A stretch of 64,000 nt of DNA from Tortispora ganteri (Eukaryota). The position numbers and the translations under genes were made by a program. Shown one piece after another: positions 10,589 through 21,567 of the stretch. Below the pieces are notes generated by a model. That model was not told the origin of the DNA, ran no database searches, and saw only the letters and a program-made list of their open reading frames with translations. Within the stretch, counting starts at the first letter, position 1; each line of letters opens with the position of its first letter. Where the stretch lies: NCBI GenBank assembly GCA_003707115.1, contig PPNB01000009.1, positions 124,001 to 188,000 of the forward strand, read 5' to 3'.

Positions 10589-13231
10589 TTAAACAATGTT
10601 ACTATTGGATTCCTCGAGCGCGTTAGATAGAATTTGGAGTAATTCTGATTTTGGGGTTTTGTAGTGTTTGAGGTCTTTAAAGACGACAGGCCAGAGAATT
10701 CCATGTCTAGGATCTGCTTTAATAAATCGTTCTATGAGCATTGCTATTTCCTTTTCTGTAACCTCAGGATTATGTTTCATCGTCAAATTCAACCAGCCCC
10801 ATATATCGCCATTATCTGGCTCTGCTGTAATTGCGCGTTCAATCCATAATCGTGCTTTACCCCAGTTCTTTTCCCTGAAGAAAATTTTCCCGACTGCACA
10901 AAGCAAATTAGGATCATTGTTAAATCTGCGCAATGCGTCGACTAGTCGAGATTTTTGCTGAGTACGAGGCTCCAATGCAATACTTTCACTCCAAAGAAGA
11001 CCAGACTTCGGATTCGCTTGCACAGCACGCGATGCAACGTTTCGGGCATTCTCTTTATTGCCTGCAACGATTTCCACTTGAATCCTGGCATACCAAAGCT
11101 GCTCACTGTCGCGATTTTGAACGAGTCCGTTGTCCAGTATAGCGCGCATTCTTCCAACAGTGCCAATTGTTTTTTCAAAGTTGGCATAATTAATCCACAA
11201 AGCGGCAACTTTCGGACATCGTCTTGTACCCTCTAGGTACGTCTTCGTTGCAGATATAACATCACCTGTACTTTCCTCGATTTGCGCTTTCTGCAACCAT
11301 AGTTTAAAAGAATCAGGGTATTGAGCAAGTCCGTCCTGAACTAATGCTAACGCTGCTCTTGTGTCGTTATCTAACCGTGCAACATAAACTGAACGTACCC
11401 ATATCCGTTCCGTGGGTAAGCTTGAACATGCTGTACTAAGTGTTTTAGCAGCAGCCTTGAGTGCGCCGGTATCGGTCTGAACTTTGGCGTAGGCTAGCCA
11501 AAGGTCTTCGTCATCTGATAGTGAGTTAAGCGCTTGCTTTAAGACTTCAAGTGCTTTTTCGGGGTATCCATTCGCCCAGTGCGTTTTCGCCAGCATCAAA
11601 GGAAACATTGACTCATCAGGACAATGTGCAATGGCTGATTCTAATGTGCTGATCACATCTCCAGAGTTTTCCTGATCAAAATTATACAGTTCATGCCAAA
11701 GGTCAATGTCGTTGTCTTCTCTCGTTAATCCTGCTACAAGTACAAGACGTGCAAGATCTTTGTGGCCTTTATTTATCAGGGTATTGTAATCATTGAGCCA
11801 CATGTCAGTAAGTGGCGATTGTTTCGTAGTACTATCGTACTTTTGCAGAGCATCAATAAGCGAAAATGCGGTACCTTTGTGGCCATTCTCCAAACATTTA
11901 TTAGCTTCCGTAAACAACAGGTTTCTGGACGGCATTTTACCCTTTTGGCTAAGATGTTGAAGAGCTGAGAAAGATATATCGTTCAGAGTGTTTTGCGATT
12001 GTTGCTGCTTTTCTTCAAGGACTATTTCCGCAATCCACAGATCCAAAGATCCAGCTGTATGATCTCTTGCCTCTTTAAGTACAGATTTAGCAGCGTCATA
12101 GGTCTCTAATGAAGCCAGTCGCAGCCACAGATGAGTACTTTCGGGCACCAGTTGCACAGCTTTGCGTAGAACCAGCTTTGTGTTCTCTTCCGAGTCCTGG
12201 AGACCAGCATAAGCTTCCCAGAGCTCTGCAGATGTAGGAAGTTGTTGAAGTGCGGATTGAAGAGACTGAAGCTTACTGGTAATATCTGTCTCTGCGTCTT
12301 CTAGAGCTTTCCAAAGCGCAAAACTTTTCGGCAAATTTACGACTGCTTCTCTAGCAAGTGGTAATGCTTCTTGCTTAGATGCAATCTTGAGGCTTTCAAG
12401 CCAAATGTCTTCACTAAGGGGGCACTTTTCGCGGGCTTCTGCAAGAATCTTCTTGGCTTTTGAAGTATTTGCAATTGAGCATTCCAGCTGAGCTAAGGCA
12501 ATCCAAGCAGGGACATGGACAGGATTAGCTTTCAACACTGATTCGATCAATTTTCGAGTCTTATCGATATCGCCAACATTTGAAGCCGAATATTGTAAAA
12601 GTGATTTACTGAGGTCATTTTCTTCAGAATCACCAATATTGTCAAGCCTTAGGTCACTACTGATTTCAGCCGTTGCACTGTCCAGTGAGTCCTTGAGAAT
12701 ATTCCCTCGGGTTTCGGTCAAATGGAGCATATCGACACTGCCTGCAGCGCTGGAAGTATCAGCAATCGCCCCAGTCATTACCGAGTCTGGAACTGCGTAG
12801 AATCTCTGTGTTTGAGCTAAGAGTTGTCTGTTGCGCTTGTTCTTTCCAGTGTTGTCTGAAGCTTCAGGAAGAGCAGACCAATCATAATCAGAGATAGATG
12901 CGAGGTTGCGCTTAAGATCTGCAAATTGATCGGCAAGAGTATTCGATTTAGTAACTCCTTGTTTCCTGTGTTTGTATTTCCTACGAGTCTCCATGCGCTT
13001 ATCAATTTGCTTATATATATCGTCTGCTTCTTCGTCTTCTTTCGTATACTGGTTCGTTCCCAGTAAACCGGCATCTGTGCTATCACGGTCGTCTGTAGCG
13101 CCCCCCAGGCCTGATCTTTGTTCTGCACCAGATTGTGCAGTTCCAATATCTGACCTGGTAGAGAATCCAGTAGCGCCCCTGCCTATACCTGGAATGTATC
13201 CAGGCGGAGGAGACTGGTTCAAGAAATCCAT
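10589..13231 (-). CDS. PRP6: U5 snRNP splicing factor Prp6 (HAT/TPR repeats)
   Basis: FLNQSPPPGYIPGIGRGATGFSTRSDIG N-terminus, HAT repeats and a C-terminal DPRHG..W. Likely start is the Met at 13231 (the ORF extends to an ATG at 13312). Confidence 0.92.
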   Translation of the reverse strand: MDFLNQSPPPGYIPGIGRGATGFSTRSDIGTAQSGAEQRSGLGGATDDRDSTDAGLLGTNQYTKEDEEADDIYKQIDKRMETRRKYKHRKQGVTKSNTLADQFADLKRNLASISDYDWSALPEASDNTGKNKRNRQLLAQTQRFYAVPDSVMTGAIADTSSAAGSVDMLHLTETRGNILKDSLDSATAEISSDLRLDNIGDSEENDLSKSLLQYSASNVGDIDKTRKLIESVLKANPVHVPAWIALAQLECSIANTSKAKKILAEAREKCPLSEDIWLESLKIASKQEALPLAREAVVNLPKSFALWKALEDAETDITSKLQSLQSALQQLPTSAELWEAYAGLQDSEENTKLVLRKAVQLVPESTHLWLRLASLETYDAAKSVLKEARDHTAGSLDLWIAEIVLEEKQQQSQNTLNDISFSALQHLSQKGKMPSRNLLFTEANKCLENGHKGTAFSLIDALQKYDSTTKQSPLTDMWLNDYNTLINKGHKDLARLVLVAGLTREDNDIDLWHELYNFDQENSGDVISTLESAIAHCPDESMFPLMLAKTHWANGYPEKALEVLKQALNSLSDDEDLWLAYAKVQTDTGALKAAAKTLSTACSSLPTERIWVRSVYVARLDNDTRAALALVQDGLAQYPDSFKLWLQKAQIEESTGDVISATKTYLEGTRRCPKVAALWINYANFEKTIGTVGRMRAILDNGLVQNRDSEQLWYARIQVEIVAGNKENARNVASRAVQANPKSGLLWSESIALEPRTQQKSRLVDALRRFNNDPNLLCAVGKIFFREKNWGKARLWIERAITAEPDNGDIWGWLNLTMKHNPEVTEKEIAMLIERFIKADPRHGILWPVVFKDLKHYKTPKSELLQILSNALEESNSNIV

Positions 13232-13391
13232 CTGGTGCAGTCGGAAGATGAGTTTACGCGGTGGATTGGGAGATGTACGCGCACTGTGATTGGCCAGAAT
13301 ATTGCTCCCCATCTGATGATCAATTATTTTTTTTTTCCTTCATTCTCTTCTATTAATTATTTTTCATCAAACGGACCATTAAATAAACAAG

Positions 13392-14342
13392 ATGGGAAAG
13401 ATCAGTAGCAGTAAGCGACATGATAGAAGGAGGCAAGAAGTGTCTCAGGAAAGTGGCAGCGGAGGACGGGGGCACAATGTCTTTAAGATGAACACTGATC
13501 TGGGTCAGCACATACTGAAGAACCCTCTTGTTGCCCAAGGTATTGTTGATAAAGCGGAGCTACGGCCATCTGACACAGTGCTAGAGGTTGGTCCAGGTAC
13601 AGGAAATCTCACTGTAAGGATTCTAGAGAAGGCACGAAAGGTGTTGGCGGTTGAAATGGATCCGCGGATGGCAGCGGAACTGTCAAAGCGCGTTCAAGGC
13701 AAACCAGAGCAGAAGCGGATTGAGATCATGCTGGGTGATGTTATTAAGACCGATCTACCGTATGTAGATGTATGTATCAGTAATACGCCGTATCAGATTT
13801 CTTCGCCTTTGGTGTTCAAGTTGCTGAATATGCCACAACCGCCGCGGACATGCATACTTATGTTTCAAAGAGAATTTGCTATGCGTCTTGTAGCGAGACC
13901 GGGCGATCCTTTATATTGTCGTCTAAGTGCAAGTGTACAGATGTGGGCTAAGGTATCGCATATAATGAAAGTGGGAAAAGGTAATTTCAAGCCGCCACCT
14001 CAAGTCGAGTCTTCGGTTGTGCGAATCGAGCCGAAACGGCCACGGCCGAATATTGACTACAACGAGTGGGACGGTTTGTTACGGGTCGTTTTTGTGCGTC
14101 GAAACCGTACAATAGCAGCAGGGTTTAACAGTACAGCGGTTTTGTCAATTTTGGAAAAAAATTATAGAGCTTACTGCTCACAGAACGACATGATGATCGA
14201 TGATGATCTAGACGTTAAAGCTAAAGTTGATGAGGTATTACAATCTACAGGACTAGGTGAGAAACGTGCAGGTAAGTGCGACGAAACAGATTTTCTTACA
14301 TTATTGTATGCATTTCACCAAGTCGGACTGCATTTCGCATAG
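13392..14342 (+). CDS. DIM1: 18S rRNA dimethyladenosine transferase
   Basis: [50 protein letters not shown]. Confidence 0.97.
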   Translation: MGKISSSKRHDRRRQEVSQESGSGGRGHNVFKMNTDLGQHILKNPLVAQGIVDKAELRPSDTVLEVGPGTGNLTVRILEKARKVLAVEMDPRMAAELSKRVQGKPEQKRIEIMLGDVIKTDLPYVDVCISNTPYQISSPLVFKLLNMPQPPRTCILMFQREFAMRLVARPGDPLYCRLSASVQMWAKVSHIMKVGKGNFKPPPQVESSVVRIEPKRPRPNIDYNEWDGLLRVVFVRRNRTIAAGFNSTAVLSILEKNYRAYCSQNDMMIDDDLDVKAKVDEVLQSTGLGEKRAGKCDETDFLTLLYAFHQVGLHFA

Positions 14343-14563
14343 CAAGAGTAACTTGGTCCTTATATACAGCAGGTGTTGTTGTGCTTGTTTTGCTCCAATA
14401 TACAACCCCCAACAAGTGTAGGAAGTTTATCTAACGCAACTAAACTATACACGTAAACAACCCTGTGACTATATATAAGTTACTCCTTTTCTTTTTGTAT
14501 TAATCCTGTCGATAAAAAGACATTTCAACTTAAATTATTCAGTATTTATTCTAATAAATTATA

Positions 14564-15625
14564 ATGGAAAAGTACTCAAAAAGACCAAGATCGCAGCCGA
14601 TTTATGATGATGACATTGAAACAACTATACGTACCGTCGAACAGCTCAATAACGATCTTATCAAGAGATCTAATAGTATTAAGCGACTAGAATCTATCCT
14701 TTCCGTTGCAAGGGAACGTGAAAAGAAAGGATTTGAACTTCAATCGCAATTGGAAGAAGACCTAATGAATGCCCTGACAGAAAGCAAGAAACTCAAAGAT
14801 AAGATAGCCTCGTTGACAAAAATGCTTCATGAACAAAAGTCGCTTCTACAAGAAGAGCGATCAGCACATAAAAACACGAAAGAATCATTGGCGGCTATAA
14901 AGGTAGCATTGAGTCAAGCAGTTACTCAGCAGAAAAAACAGCAAACAAGTCAGCAGAATATGGAATCGGAGTTGCCCGATGATAAGGAAAATATCACATC
15001 TGGATATTTGAATTTTGCTCCAAGAGCAACAAAGGCAAATGACTCCGCGACAATACCCAGATCTACTTCGCGAAAAACACTGCAAGCGCTTGAACGATGT
15101 TCGCAAGACCTTATGCTGCTAGAGCAAAAAGAAACCGTGTATAAGGAACAAATTGTTTGTTTACAGAAAGAGATAGAGGAACTGCATGACAGACTATCTA
15201 TGCAACGGCATGAACGTAATATGGGGGCCAAATCTAGCAAACGCTACAGTGTCGATGGTGAATCAAATTTGATGGCCTGTTTAGCCGATGAACTGTCTGG
15301 CCTGAATTCAATACCTTCAGCATCAACACTAAACGATCAAATGGCCTACCACAATCCTACAACTTCTCTGAAACCGTTTCTGGAGCTATTGCATCGACTT
15401 CTTTGGAACTCTAATACACCAATGATCAAGACTGCCAGCTCTTGCAAAACTTACTCCTCAATCGAACGCATATCAATGAATAAGTTCATCCAGGTACCAT
15501 GCACTCACAATGTTGACCACTCTGTCACCCCTTTATCGCTCATCTCGAACAATTTATACAAACCTGTTTGCGCCCGCCAAATTAAGCAAACCTCTTCCAA
15601 TCTCACAACTTTGGAAATAGACTAG
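14564..15625 (+). CDS. Hypothetical coiled-coil protein (353 aa)
   Basis: Long ATG ORF with heptad-rich E/K/L/Q segments; TATA-like tatatataag upstream; no family recognised. Confidence 0.65.
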   Translation: MEKYSKRPRSQPIYDDDIETTIRTVEQLNNDLIKRSNSIKRLESILSVAREREKKGFELQSQLEEDLMNALTESKKLKDKIASLTKMLHEQKSLLQEERSAHKNTKESLAAIKVALSQAVTQQKKQQTSQQNMESELPDDKENITSGYLNFAPRATKANDSATIPRSTSRKTLQALERCSQDLMLLEQKETVYKEQIVCLQKEIEELHDRLSMQRHERNMGAKSSKRYSVDGESNLMACLADELSGLNSIPSASTLNDQMAYHNPTTSLKPFLELLHRLLWNSNTPMIKTASSCKTYSSIERISMNKFIQVPCTHNVDHSVTPLSLISNNLYKPVCARQIKQTSSNLTTLEID

Positions 15626-15903
15626 CCTTTCTTCTGCCTCCTATCGAAAGATATATATCATCTGATAAATCATCCGATTTGACGTGTTCACCTTATAAAC
15701 TTTATACGGAATAAAGTTTGTGAGTCTTCCTGTCTTCTGTGGGGGAAACAGACCTGGTAAGGTCTTGGATTCAAGTCTCTCACCGTCCTTTTTTCACATT
15801 GTACATATATTTTCCGCATTACTACTTATTTTGCGACTTATTCAAGGAAATCTAATAGGAATATTCATCTTACTTATTTTTTATAATATTTTATTCTCCT
15901 AGT

Positions 15904-16248
15904 ATGAACGGCAAGCAGTCACCTTCTAAAGAATTGAAACACCAGCTTAACGGCACTTTGTCGATAGACATGGCCTTCAATCTCTCAAGACATCCTTCTT
16001 CCCCAAAATCGACTGCTACTGAGCAGTTAAGCTCTTCATTAAACTCTTTAAACGATAGCAATCTTTCAAGAACGCGGAGCTTGTCGCCGGCTAGCAGCAG
16101 GAACCAGTTGCCCGACGATCCTATTATTGAGCCGGTGGAGTTGCCACTAAGAAGGGTGTCTTCAACCAACCGAAGGCGGCGATCTTCCAGTCTGGCTAGA
16201 ACTTTGGCGAATTCTGGTATTCTTGCTGCATTTGGTGGCAATATATGA
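15904..16248 (+). CDS. Small hypothetical Ser/Arg-rich protein (114 aa)
   Basis: ATG ORF filling an otherwise empty gap; disordered composition with RRxS motifs; no family recognised. Confidence 0.45.
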   Translation: MNGKQSPSKELKHQLNGTLSIDMAFNLSRHPSSPKSTATEQLSSSLNSLNDSNLSRTRSLSPASSRNQLPDDPIIEPVELPLRRVSSTNRRRRSSSLARTLANSGILAAFGGNI

Positions 16249-16427
16249 TTTTCTAGCAGCATATTCCTTTTCCTGACACCCGATTTCCCTTATTAATCAG
16301 CTACACCACAACAAGGCATCCTCTTCACCGGAAACTCTATTTTCCTAACTTTTTACTCCCATTTTTTCCTGACTTGGTTTACAACTCTGTCTCACATCTG
16401 CTTTCATTTGATCTCCGCACGCACACA

Positions 16428-17987
16428 ATGTCAAGCAGCGAAGTGAAGGAGCTGAAGAAAAAAAGAAAAAGAGGCGATCATCTAACTAAGCAGGAAAAGG
16501 CCATCCTCAAACAGGCAAAACAGCTAAAGAAAGAATCGAAAGAGTCTAAGGATACCACGGAACCTAAAGAAGCCTCGGAATCAAAAAAATCAAAGAAATC
16601 TAAAAAGTCAATAGTCACTGGGCCTGAATCGAATAGTAACGAGACATTTCAGGAGACCAATGCTAGCGACGGATATTTCACTCTTCCTGATGCCAAATCT
16701 GCCAGCGACTTCTTGGAAAAGAATGAAATCAAAGTTGAGAATATTGGGCAGGATGCGCCCCTAGTGATCACGCAATTTTCTCAGATTAACGTTGATCCAA
16801 GAATTATGAAAAGTTTCGCTAAATTTTCTGAACCAACGCCCATTCAAGCTGTCTCATGGCCGTATCTTTTGTCTGGTAAAGACGTCGTGGGCGTAGCTGA
16901 AACCGGATCCGGGAAAACACTTGCTTTTGGGTTTCCTTCTATAGTCCATCTACTTGAGTCAGATAAGTCGAAAGTGCTGATAGTTTCTCCTACCCGTGAA
17001 CTAGCGCGCCAGATCCATGAATCCTTGGAACCTATTGCTGAATCATGTGGGATCCAGTCCGTCTGCATTTATGGAGGAGTGCCTAAAGATGCTCAGCGCG
17101 AGCAACTCAAGACTTCAAGAATTGTTGTAGCTACTCCTGGCAGATTAAACGATTTCCTTGAAGAAGGTTCAGCCAACCTTCAGAATGCCGACTACGTCGT
17201 CCTGGACGAGGCTGACCGGATGCTTGAGAAGGGATTCGAAAAAGATATCAAGCAGATAATATCTGCTTGCACTAAAAGTTCAAAGCAAATGCTAATGTTC
17301 ACGGCAACTTGGCCTGCCGAAGTCCGTGATATCGCTTCTAACTTTATGCGATCTCCTGTTAAGATCAATATTGGAGATCGTGACGAATTAAAAGCTAATA
17401 CACGCATAGAACAAGTGGTCGAAGTAGTGGATCCACGCAGCAAAGAATCGCGGCTATTAGAAATTTTGCAAAAAGAAACTAAAAACAAGAAGGAAAAGAT
17501 TATTATTTTTGCTCTTTACAAAAAGGAAGCAGCCCGTGTCGAAGAAATGCTGACCAGAAGAGGCTACAAGATAGCAGCTATTCATGGTGATTTATCTCAA
17601 GATCGTCGCACGCAGGCTTTAGAACAATTTAAAGCTAACAATAGTCATATTTTGCTAGCTACTGACGTGGCTGCACGTGGCTTGGATATCCCGTCAGTGG
17701 GTCTAGTGATTAACTTGACTTTTCCATTGACAGTTGAAGATTATGTGCATCGTATTGGACGAACAGGTCGGGCAGGTAGTTTTGGAAGAGCTTTTACGTT
17801 TTTCACTGTGAATGAAAAGCATTTGTCTGGTGCATTGATCAACGTGTTGAAGGCGGCTGGGCAGCCTGTTCCGGAAGAACTTATGAAGTTTGGAACACAT
17901 ACGAAGAAGAAAGAACACTCTGCCTATGGTGCATTTTACAAAGAAATTGATCCTAGTGCGAAATCGAAAAAGATCAAGTTCGATTAG
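16428..17987 (+). CDS. DBP3: DEAD-box RNA helicase Dbp3 (pre-rRNA processing)
   Basis: Lys-rich N-terminus, [12 protein letters not shown], motif [16 protein letters not shown], and C-terminal [19 protein letters not shown] typical of Dbp3; first ATG at 16428. Confidence 0.95.
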   Translation: MSSSEVKELKKKRKRGDHLTKQEKAILKQAKQLKKESKESKDTTEPKEASESKKSKKSKKSIVTGPESNSNETFQETNASDGYFTLPDAKSASDFLEKNEIKVENIGQDAPLVITQFSQINVDPRIMKSFAKFSEPTPIQAVSWPYLLSGKDVVGVAETGSGKTLAFGFPSIVHLLESDKSKVLIVSPTRELARQIHESLEPIAESCGIQSVCIYGGVPKDAQREQLKTSRIVVATPGRLNDFLEEGSANLQNADYVVLDEADRMLEKGFEKDIKQIISACTKSSKQMLMFTATWPAEVRDIASNFMRSPVKINIGDRDELKANTRIEQVVEVVDPRSKESRLLEILQKETKNKKEKIIIFALYKKEAARVEEMLTRRGYKIAAIHGDLSQDRRTQALEQFKANNSHILLATDVAARGLDIPSVGLVINLTFPLTVEDYVHRIGRTGRAGSFGRAFTFFTVNEKHLSGALINVLKAAGQPVPEELMKFGTHTKKKEHSAYGAFYKEIDPSAKSKKIKFD

Positions 17988-18071
17988 TTTCGACCGGCTG
18001 GACTGCTTATATGTTAATATTTTACGTTTATTTCTGTTACGACTATGGTTTTCCTTGAACAATCCTGTAAA

Positions 18072-18079
18072 TCACGTGA
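18072..18079. promoter_or_regulatory. Cbf1/CDEI-type E-box TCACGTGA upstream of IMP3
   Basis: Exact RTCACGTG match about 100 bp upstream of the ATG. Confidence 0.5.
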
Positions 18080-18179
18080 CACATTGGGAGTAATTTCTAC
18101 ACTGTATGATTTTTTTCCTTTCTTCTTGCGATCTGTGAATTCAATTTAACAAGGATATAATAATTGAAGAAGCAGTAAA

Positions 18180-18734
18180 ATGGTGAGAAAACTTAAGCAT
18201 CATGAGCAGAAATTGCTTAAGAAATTAGATTTTTTGAATTGGAAAGAAGATCAGGGCCACAGAGAAGGACAAGTGATGAGAACTTACCATATACAGAATC
18301 GAGATGATTATGTCAAATACAATAAAATTTGTGGAAATATTCGTCAAATGGCACATAAATTATCGTTATTACCTCCGAATGATCCATTTAGAACTAAACA
18401 TGAAAAGTTATTGTTAGAAAAGCTGTACGATATGGGAATCATTGCCTCAACTACAAAAGTGTCAGATTTAGAGAATAAAGCGACTGTCTCTGCTTTTTGT
18501 CGCCGACGGATAGGTGTTGTTATGCATCGTCTTAAAATGGCCAGCACAATTTCAGAAGGCGTAAAATTTGTCGAACAAGGACAAGTACGTGTTGGACCGG
18601 AAGTCGTAACGGATCCGGCTTTCCTGGTCACTAGAACGCTGGAAGACCATCTTACATGGACAGAGTCTAGCAAGATCAAAAGGAACATTCTCAAATATAG
18701 AGAGGAGCTTGACGATTTTGATCTACTAAGTTAA
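18180..18734 (+). CDS. IMP3: U3 snoRNP protein Imp3 (S4-like)
   Basis: [50 protein letters not shown]. Confidence 0.97.
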   Translation: MVRKLKHHEQKLLKKLDFLNWKEDQGHREGQVMRTYHIQNRDDYVKYNKICGNIRQMAHKLSLLPPNDPFRTKHEKLLLEKLYDMGIIASTTKVSDLENKATVSAFCRRRIGVVMHRLKMASTISEGVKFVEQGQVRVGPEVVTDPAFLVTRTLEDHLTWTESSKIKRNILKYREELDDFDLLS

Positions 18735-18762
18735 ATGGCATAAAACTATTCATGTTATCTCT

Positions 18763-21351
18763 TCATCTTATTTTAGGCATCTTTCTTGAACTACCCTCAA
18801 TCTCTTGGATATTTTCTTTCTCATAGTAATGCGGTGCAAGCTCATAAAGCCACTCAGGCTCTATTTTAATGCACATTCTCATGAACTCTTTCGTTGTCAA
18901 TACAAGTTCGTGGTATATAACCCATTTAGGCTTATCCTGCGCCAGGATACTGGACGGATGAATATACACGATCTGTCCCTTCTTAACTGTTTTATACTCT
19001 TCTCCGGTCTTCAGAAGCCGTGATGCATGCGGGAAGTATCCGCTAGTGAAAGCTTTCAATATTTCAGTACTTGTTGGCTGTATATTTTCTGCATCTGGGG
19101 ATCGAATGCTTATCTGATCGCAAAGCGCTGCAAACTGGTCACGTACATTCCTTACTCGAGCCAAAGTTTTCGGTTGTAAGAAGTTTTGCCTTGCCCAATG
19201 ATATGAATAGCCTGATTGCACCCACTGGTTCCATATTTCAAGTAACATTATATGGTCTCCGCCCGGTCTCATGAAAGTTTTGTGCGCGATATCGGCGTTT
19301 GCTCGTTGAGTGCGAGGTCTGTAAAACAGCGAGTGTGATTCAGACAACATTGAGACTATGGATAAAACTTCTGGCAAGCAATGATATTCCGTTGCAGATA
19401 TTAAAGATTTCGCCATCATTGGTTCGGCAGGGAACTCAGCCATCTGTCTGCCAGCTTTAGTCAGTTCGCCTTGATGGTTTAATGCACCGAGCGCGTACAA
19501 GAGTTCAAGAGCCTGTTCCATTGATTTTGCCGCAGGCTTGTCCAGGAAATCAAACTCAATTAAATTTGTGATTCCTAGTGCCATTAAGTTGAGTATGACA
19601 CTGCTTAGGTTTGCGCGAAGAATCTCTGGCGTCGTGTTTTCGGGCATTTCGTTGTAGAAAGCCCATTTGGTATACAATCTAAAGCATTTACCTGCCGTGA
19701 CGCGTCCAGCTCGACCAGCTCGCTGATTAGCTGCTGCGCGGGAAATAGGATTGATGATCAGGCTTTCCATGCCGGAATATGGGTTATAGACATTTTCTTT
19801 GGCGAACCCGGAGTCTATAACGTAGACGATTCCATCAACTGTAATTGAGGTTTCGGCAATATTGGTCGCCAATACGACTTTGCGGGCATTAGGAGGAGTA
19901 GGCTCAAATATTTTCGCCTGCTGGTCCGACGGCAGGCCGGAGTATATCGGACAGACTATGAGCTCCATGATTGTCGAGCCGAGTTTCTGTGCAGTATCGC
20001 GGATATTCTCGCCGACATTCTCGATTTCTTCTTCGCCTGTTAAGAACACCAAAATATCACCTGGGCCCTGTGATACATGGATTTGGAAAACAGTAGTGAC
20101 GCAGGCATGCAAGTAGTTAGCTTCGGGCTGAGACGCGTAGAATATATCGACGTGGTGCGGCTTACCTGGTATCTTAAAAATAGGAGCGTCATCAAAATAC
20201 GCAGAGAATTTAGCGGCATCTAATGTCGCTGAAGCAATTAATAACTTTAAGTCTGGTCTGTATCGAGTAACATCTTTGACTAAAGCAAACAGTATATCTG
20301 TATTTAACGTTCTTTCATGGGCCTCATCGATCATCAGAGCACTGTATGAGCTCAGTTCAGGGTCGTTCAGAAACTCTCTAAGCAGTACACCGTCTGTCAT
20401 ATACTTGATCAGCGTCTGATCACTAGTTCTGTCTTCAAAACGAATAGAGTAGCCGACTTTTTGGCCTAGTCGAGTGCCAGTCTCTTCGGCCACGCGAGCA
20501 GCCACAGACATGGCAGCCACTCTACGTGGTTGTGTACAGCCCACAATCTTGCCATTGGCGGTATACCCGGCCTCGTGCAAGTACTGCGGAAGCTGTGTAG
20601 TCTTTCCGGAACCTGTCTCACCGAGCACAATCAGCACCTGGTTCTCTTCTAGTGCTGCGAGAAACTTGTCCCTGTAGCTGTATACAGGTAAAGACTTTCG
20701 TGTCTGCTCGATATTGCGTACTCGTTCTTTGACCTTTTCGACGCGGTTGAGCAATTCTTCATCAATCTCATTGTGTTCGTGATCGCCATCGAGCTCAAAC
20801 TGCACATTCTGCGCAGGATCAAGAACAAACTCGTACTCGTCATCCTGCGCTTCTGTAGGCTGATCCGTCACCCATAGCTTCTCCTTAGTTTCATTCTCGC
20901 GTTCCCATTCGTTCCGGGCAGAATCATCATCTTTGTTTTTGTTTATCAGATCGTTGTCATATCGCTTATACAGCAGTTCGTATTTCTTGTCCACTTCCTG
21001 AGCCCGCTTTTCGTCGAGGTAGCTAGCAGGCATATGATAGGTCTCGACATCGGTTTCAAGAGCCTGTCTTTCCTCTATCAATGCCAGCAGTTGCTTTTTT
21101 TCATTGAGTTCTACAATCTCGGCTTTTGTTGGTTTTGCGTGCCGCAGCTGGCTCTCGAAAATCGCTATCTCGTGTCGTAGTTTTGACACTTCTTGCACCT
21201 CACGTTTAGTTAAGTAGACTTCTCTGGCATGTTGGCGTAATTTCGGAACAATCATCGACCGCAACGCCGGATCCTCTGCAAGATCTGTAGCATCGATATC
21301 TGGCGACGATCGTCGACGTTTCATAGATCCTTCTGAGCGGCCATCGGACAT
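18763..21351 (-). CDS. PRP2: DEAH-box splicing helicase (Prp2/DHX16/Cdc28 type)
   Basis: GETGSGKTTQLPQYLHEAGYT, DEAH, SAT, QRAGRAGR; the PEANYL..CVTTVFQIH and C-terminal SRKMPK features are DHX16/Prp2-like. Confidence 0.85.
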   Translation of the reverse strand: MSDGRSEGSMKRRRSSPDIDATDLAEDPALRSMIVPKLRQHAREVYLTKREVQEVSKLRHEIAIFESQLRHAKPTKAEIVELNEKKQLLALIEERQALETDVETYHMPASYLDEKRAQEVDKKYELLYKRYDNDLINKNKDDDSARNEWERENETKEKLWVTDQPTEAQDDEYEFVLDPAQNVQFELDGDHEHNEIDEELLNRVEKVKERVRNIEQTRKSLPVYSYRDKFLAALEENQVLIVLGETGSGKTTQLPQYLHEAGYTANGKIVGCTQPRRVAAMSVAARVAEETGTRLGQKVGYSIRFEDRTSDQTLIKYMTDGVLLREFLNDPELSSYSALMIDEAHERTLNTDILFALVKDVTRYRPDLKLLIASATLDAAKFSAYFDDAPIFKIPGKPHHVDIFYASQPEANYLHACVTTVFQIHVSQGPGDILVFLTGEEEIENVGENIRDTAQKLGSTIMELIVCPIYSGLPSDQQAKIFEPTPPNARKVVLATNIAETSITVDGIVYVIDSGFAKENVYNPYSGMESLIINPISRAAANQRAGRAGRVTAGKCFRLYTKWAFYNEMPENTTPEILRANLSSVILNLMALGITNLIEFDFLDKPAAKSMEQALELLYALGALNHQGELTKAGRQMAEFPAEPMMAKSLISATEYHCLPEVLSIVSMLSESHSLFYRPRTQRANADIAHKTFMRPGGDHIMLLEIWNQWVQSGYSYHWARQNFLQPKTLARVRNVRDQFAALCDQISIRSPDAENIQPTSTEILKAFTSGYFPHASRLLKTGEEYKTVKKGQIVYIHPSSILAQDKPKWVIYHELVLTTKEFMRMCIKIEPEWLYELAPHYYEKENIQEIEGSSRKMPKIR

Positions 21352-21567
21352 CTCATCAGTAGTAATAGAGCCGGTTGTAGTATGTTTCTATGTGGGTAAT
21401 TATCGTCCCAACATACACTCATATCTACAGCACTGCCAGTGTAACTTTTGTACCTGACCCCAAACCTACCTTGGCATTGTGTAAAGTAAGACGAGACCGC
21501 CTAGACCATTCACTGTAAACGATCAAAATCCGGCCTCTCCTCTACCCGCGGTGAGATTTTCCAGAAA

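Noticed and set aside
13492..13512. Alternative CUG decoding (Ser/Ala)
   Set aside because: CTG falls at a conserved Leu position (Dim1 TDLGQH), so the standard code fits.
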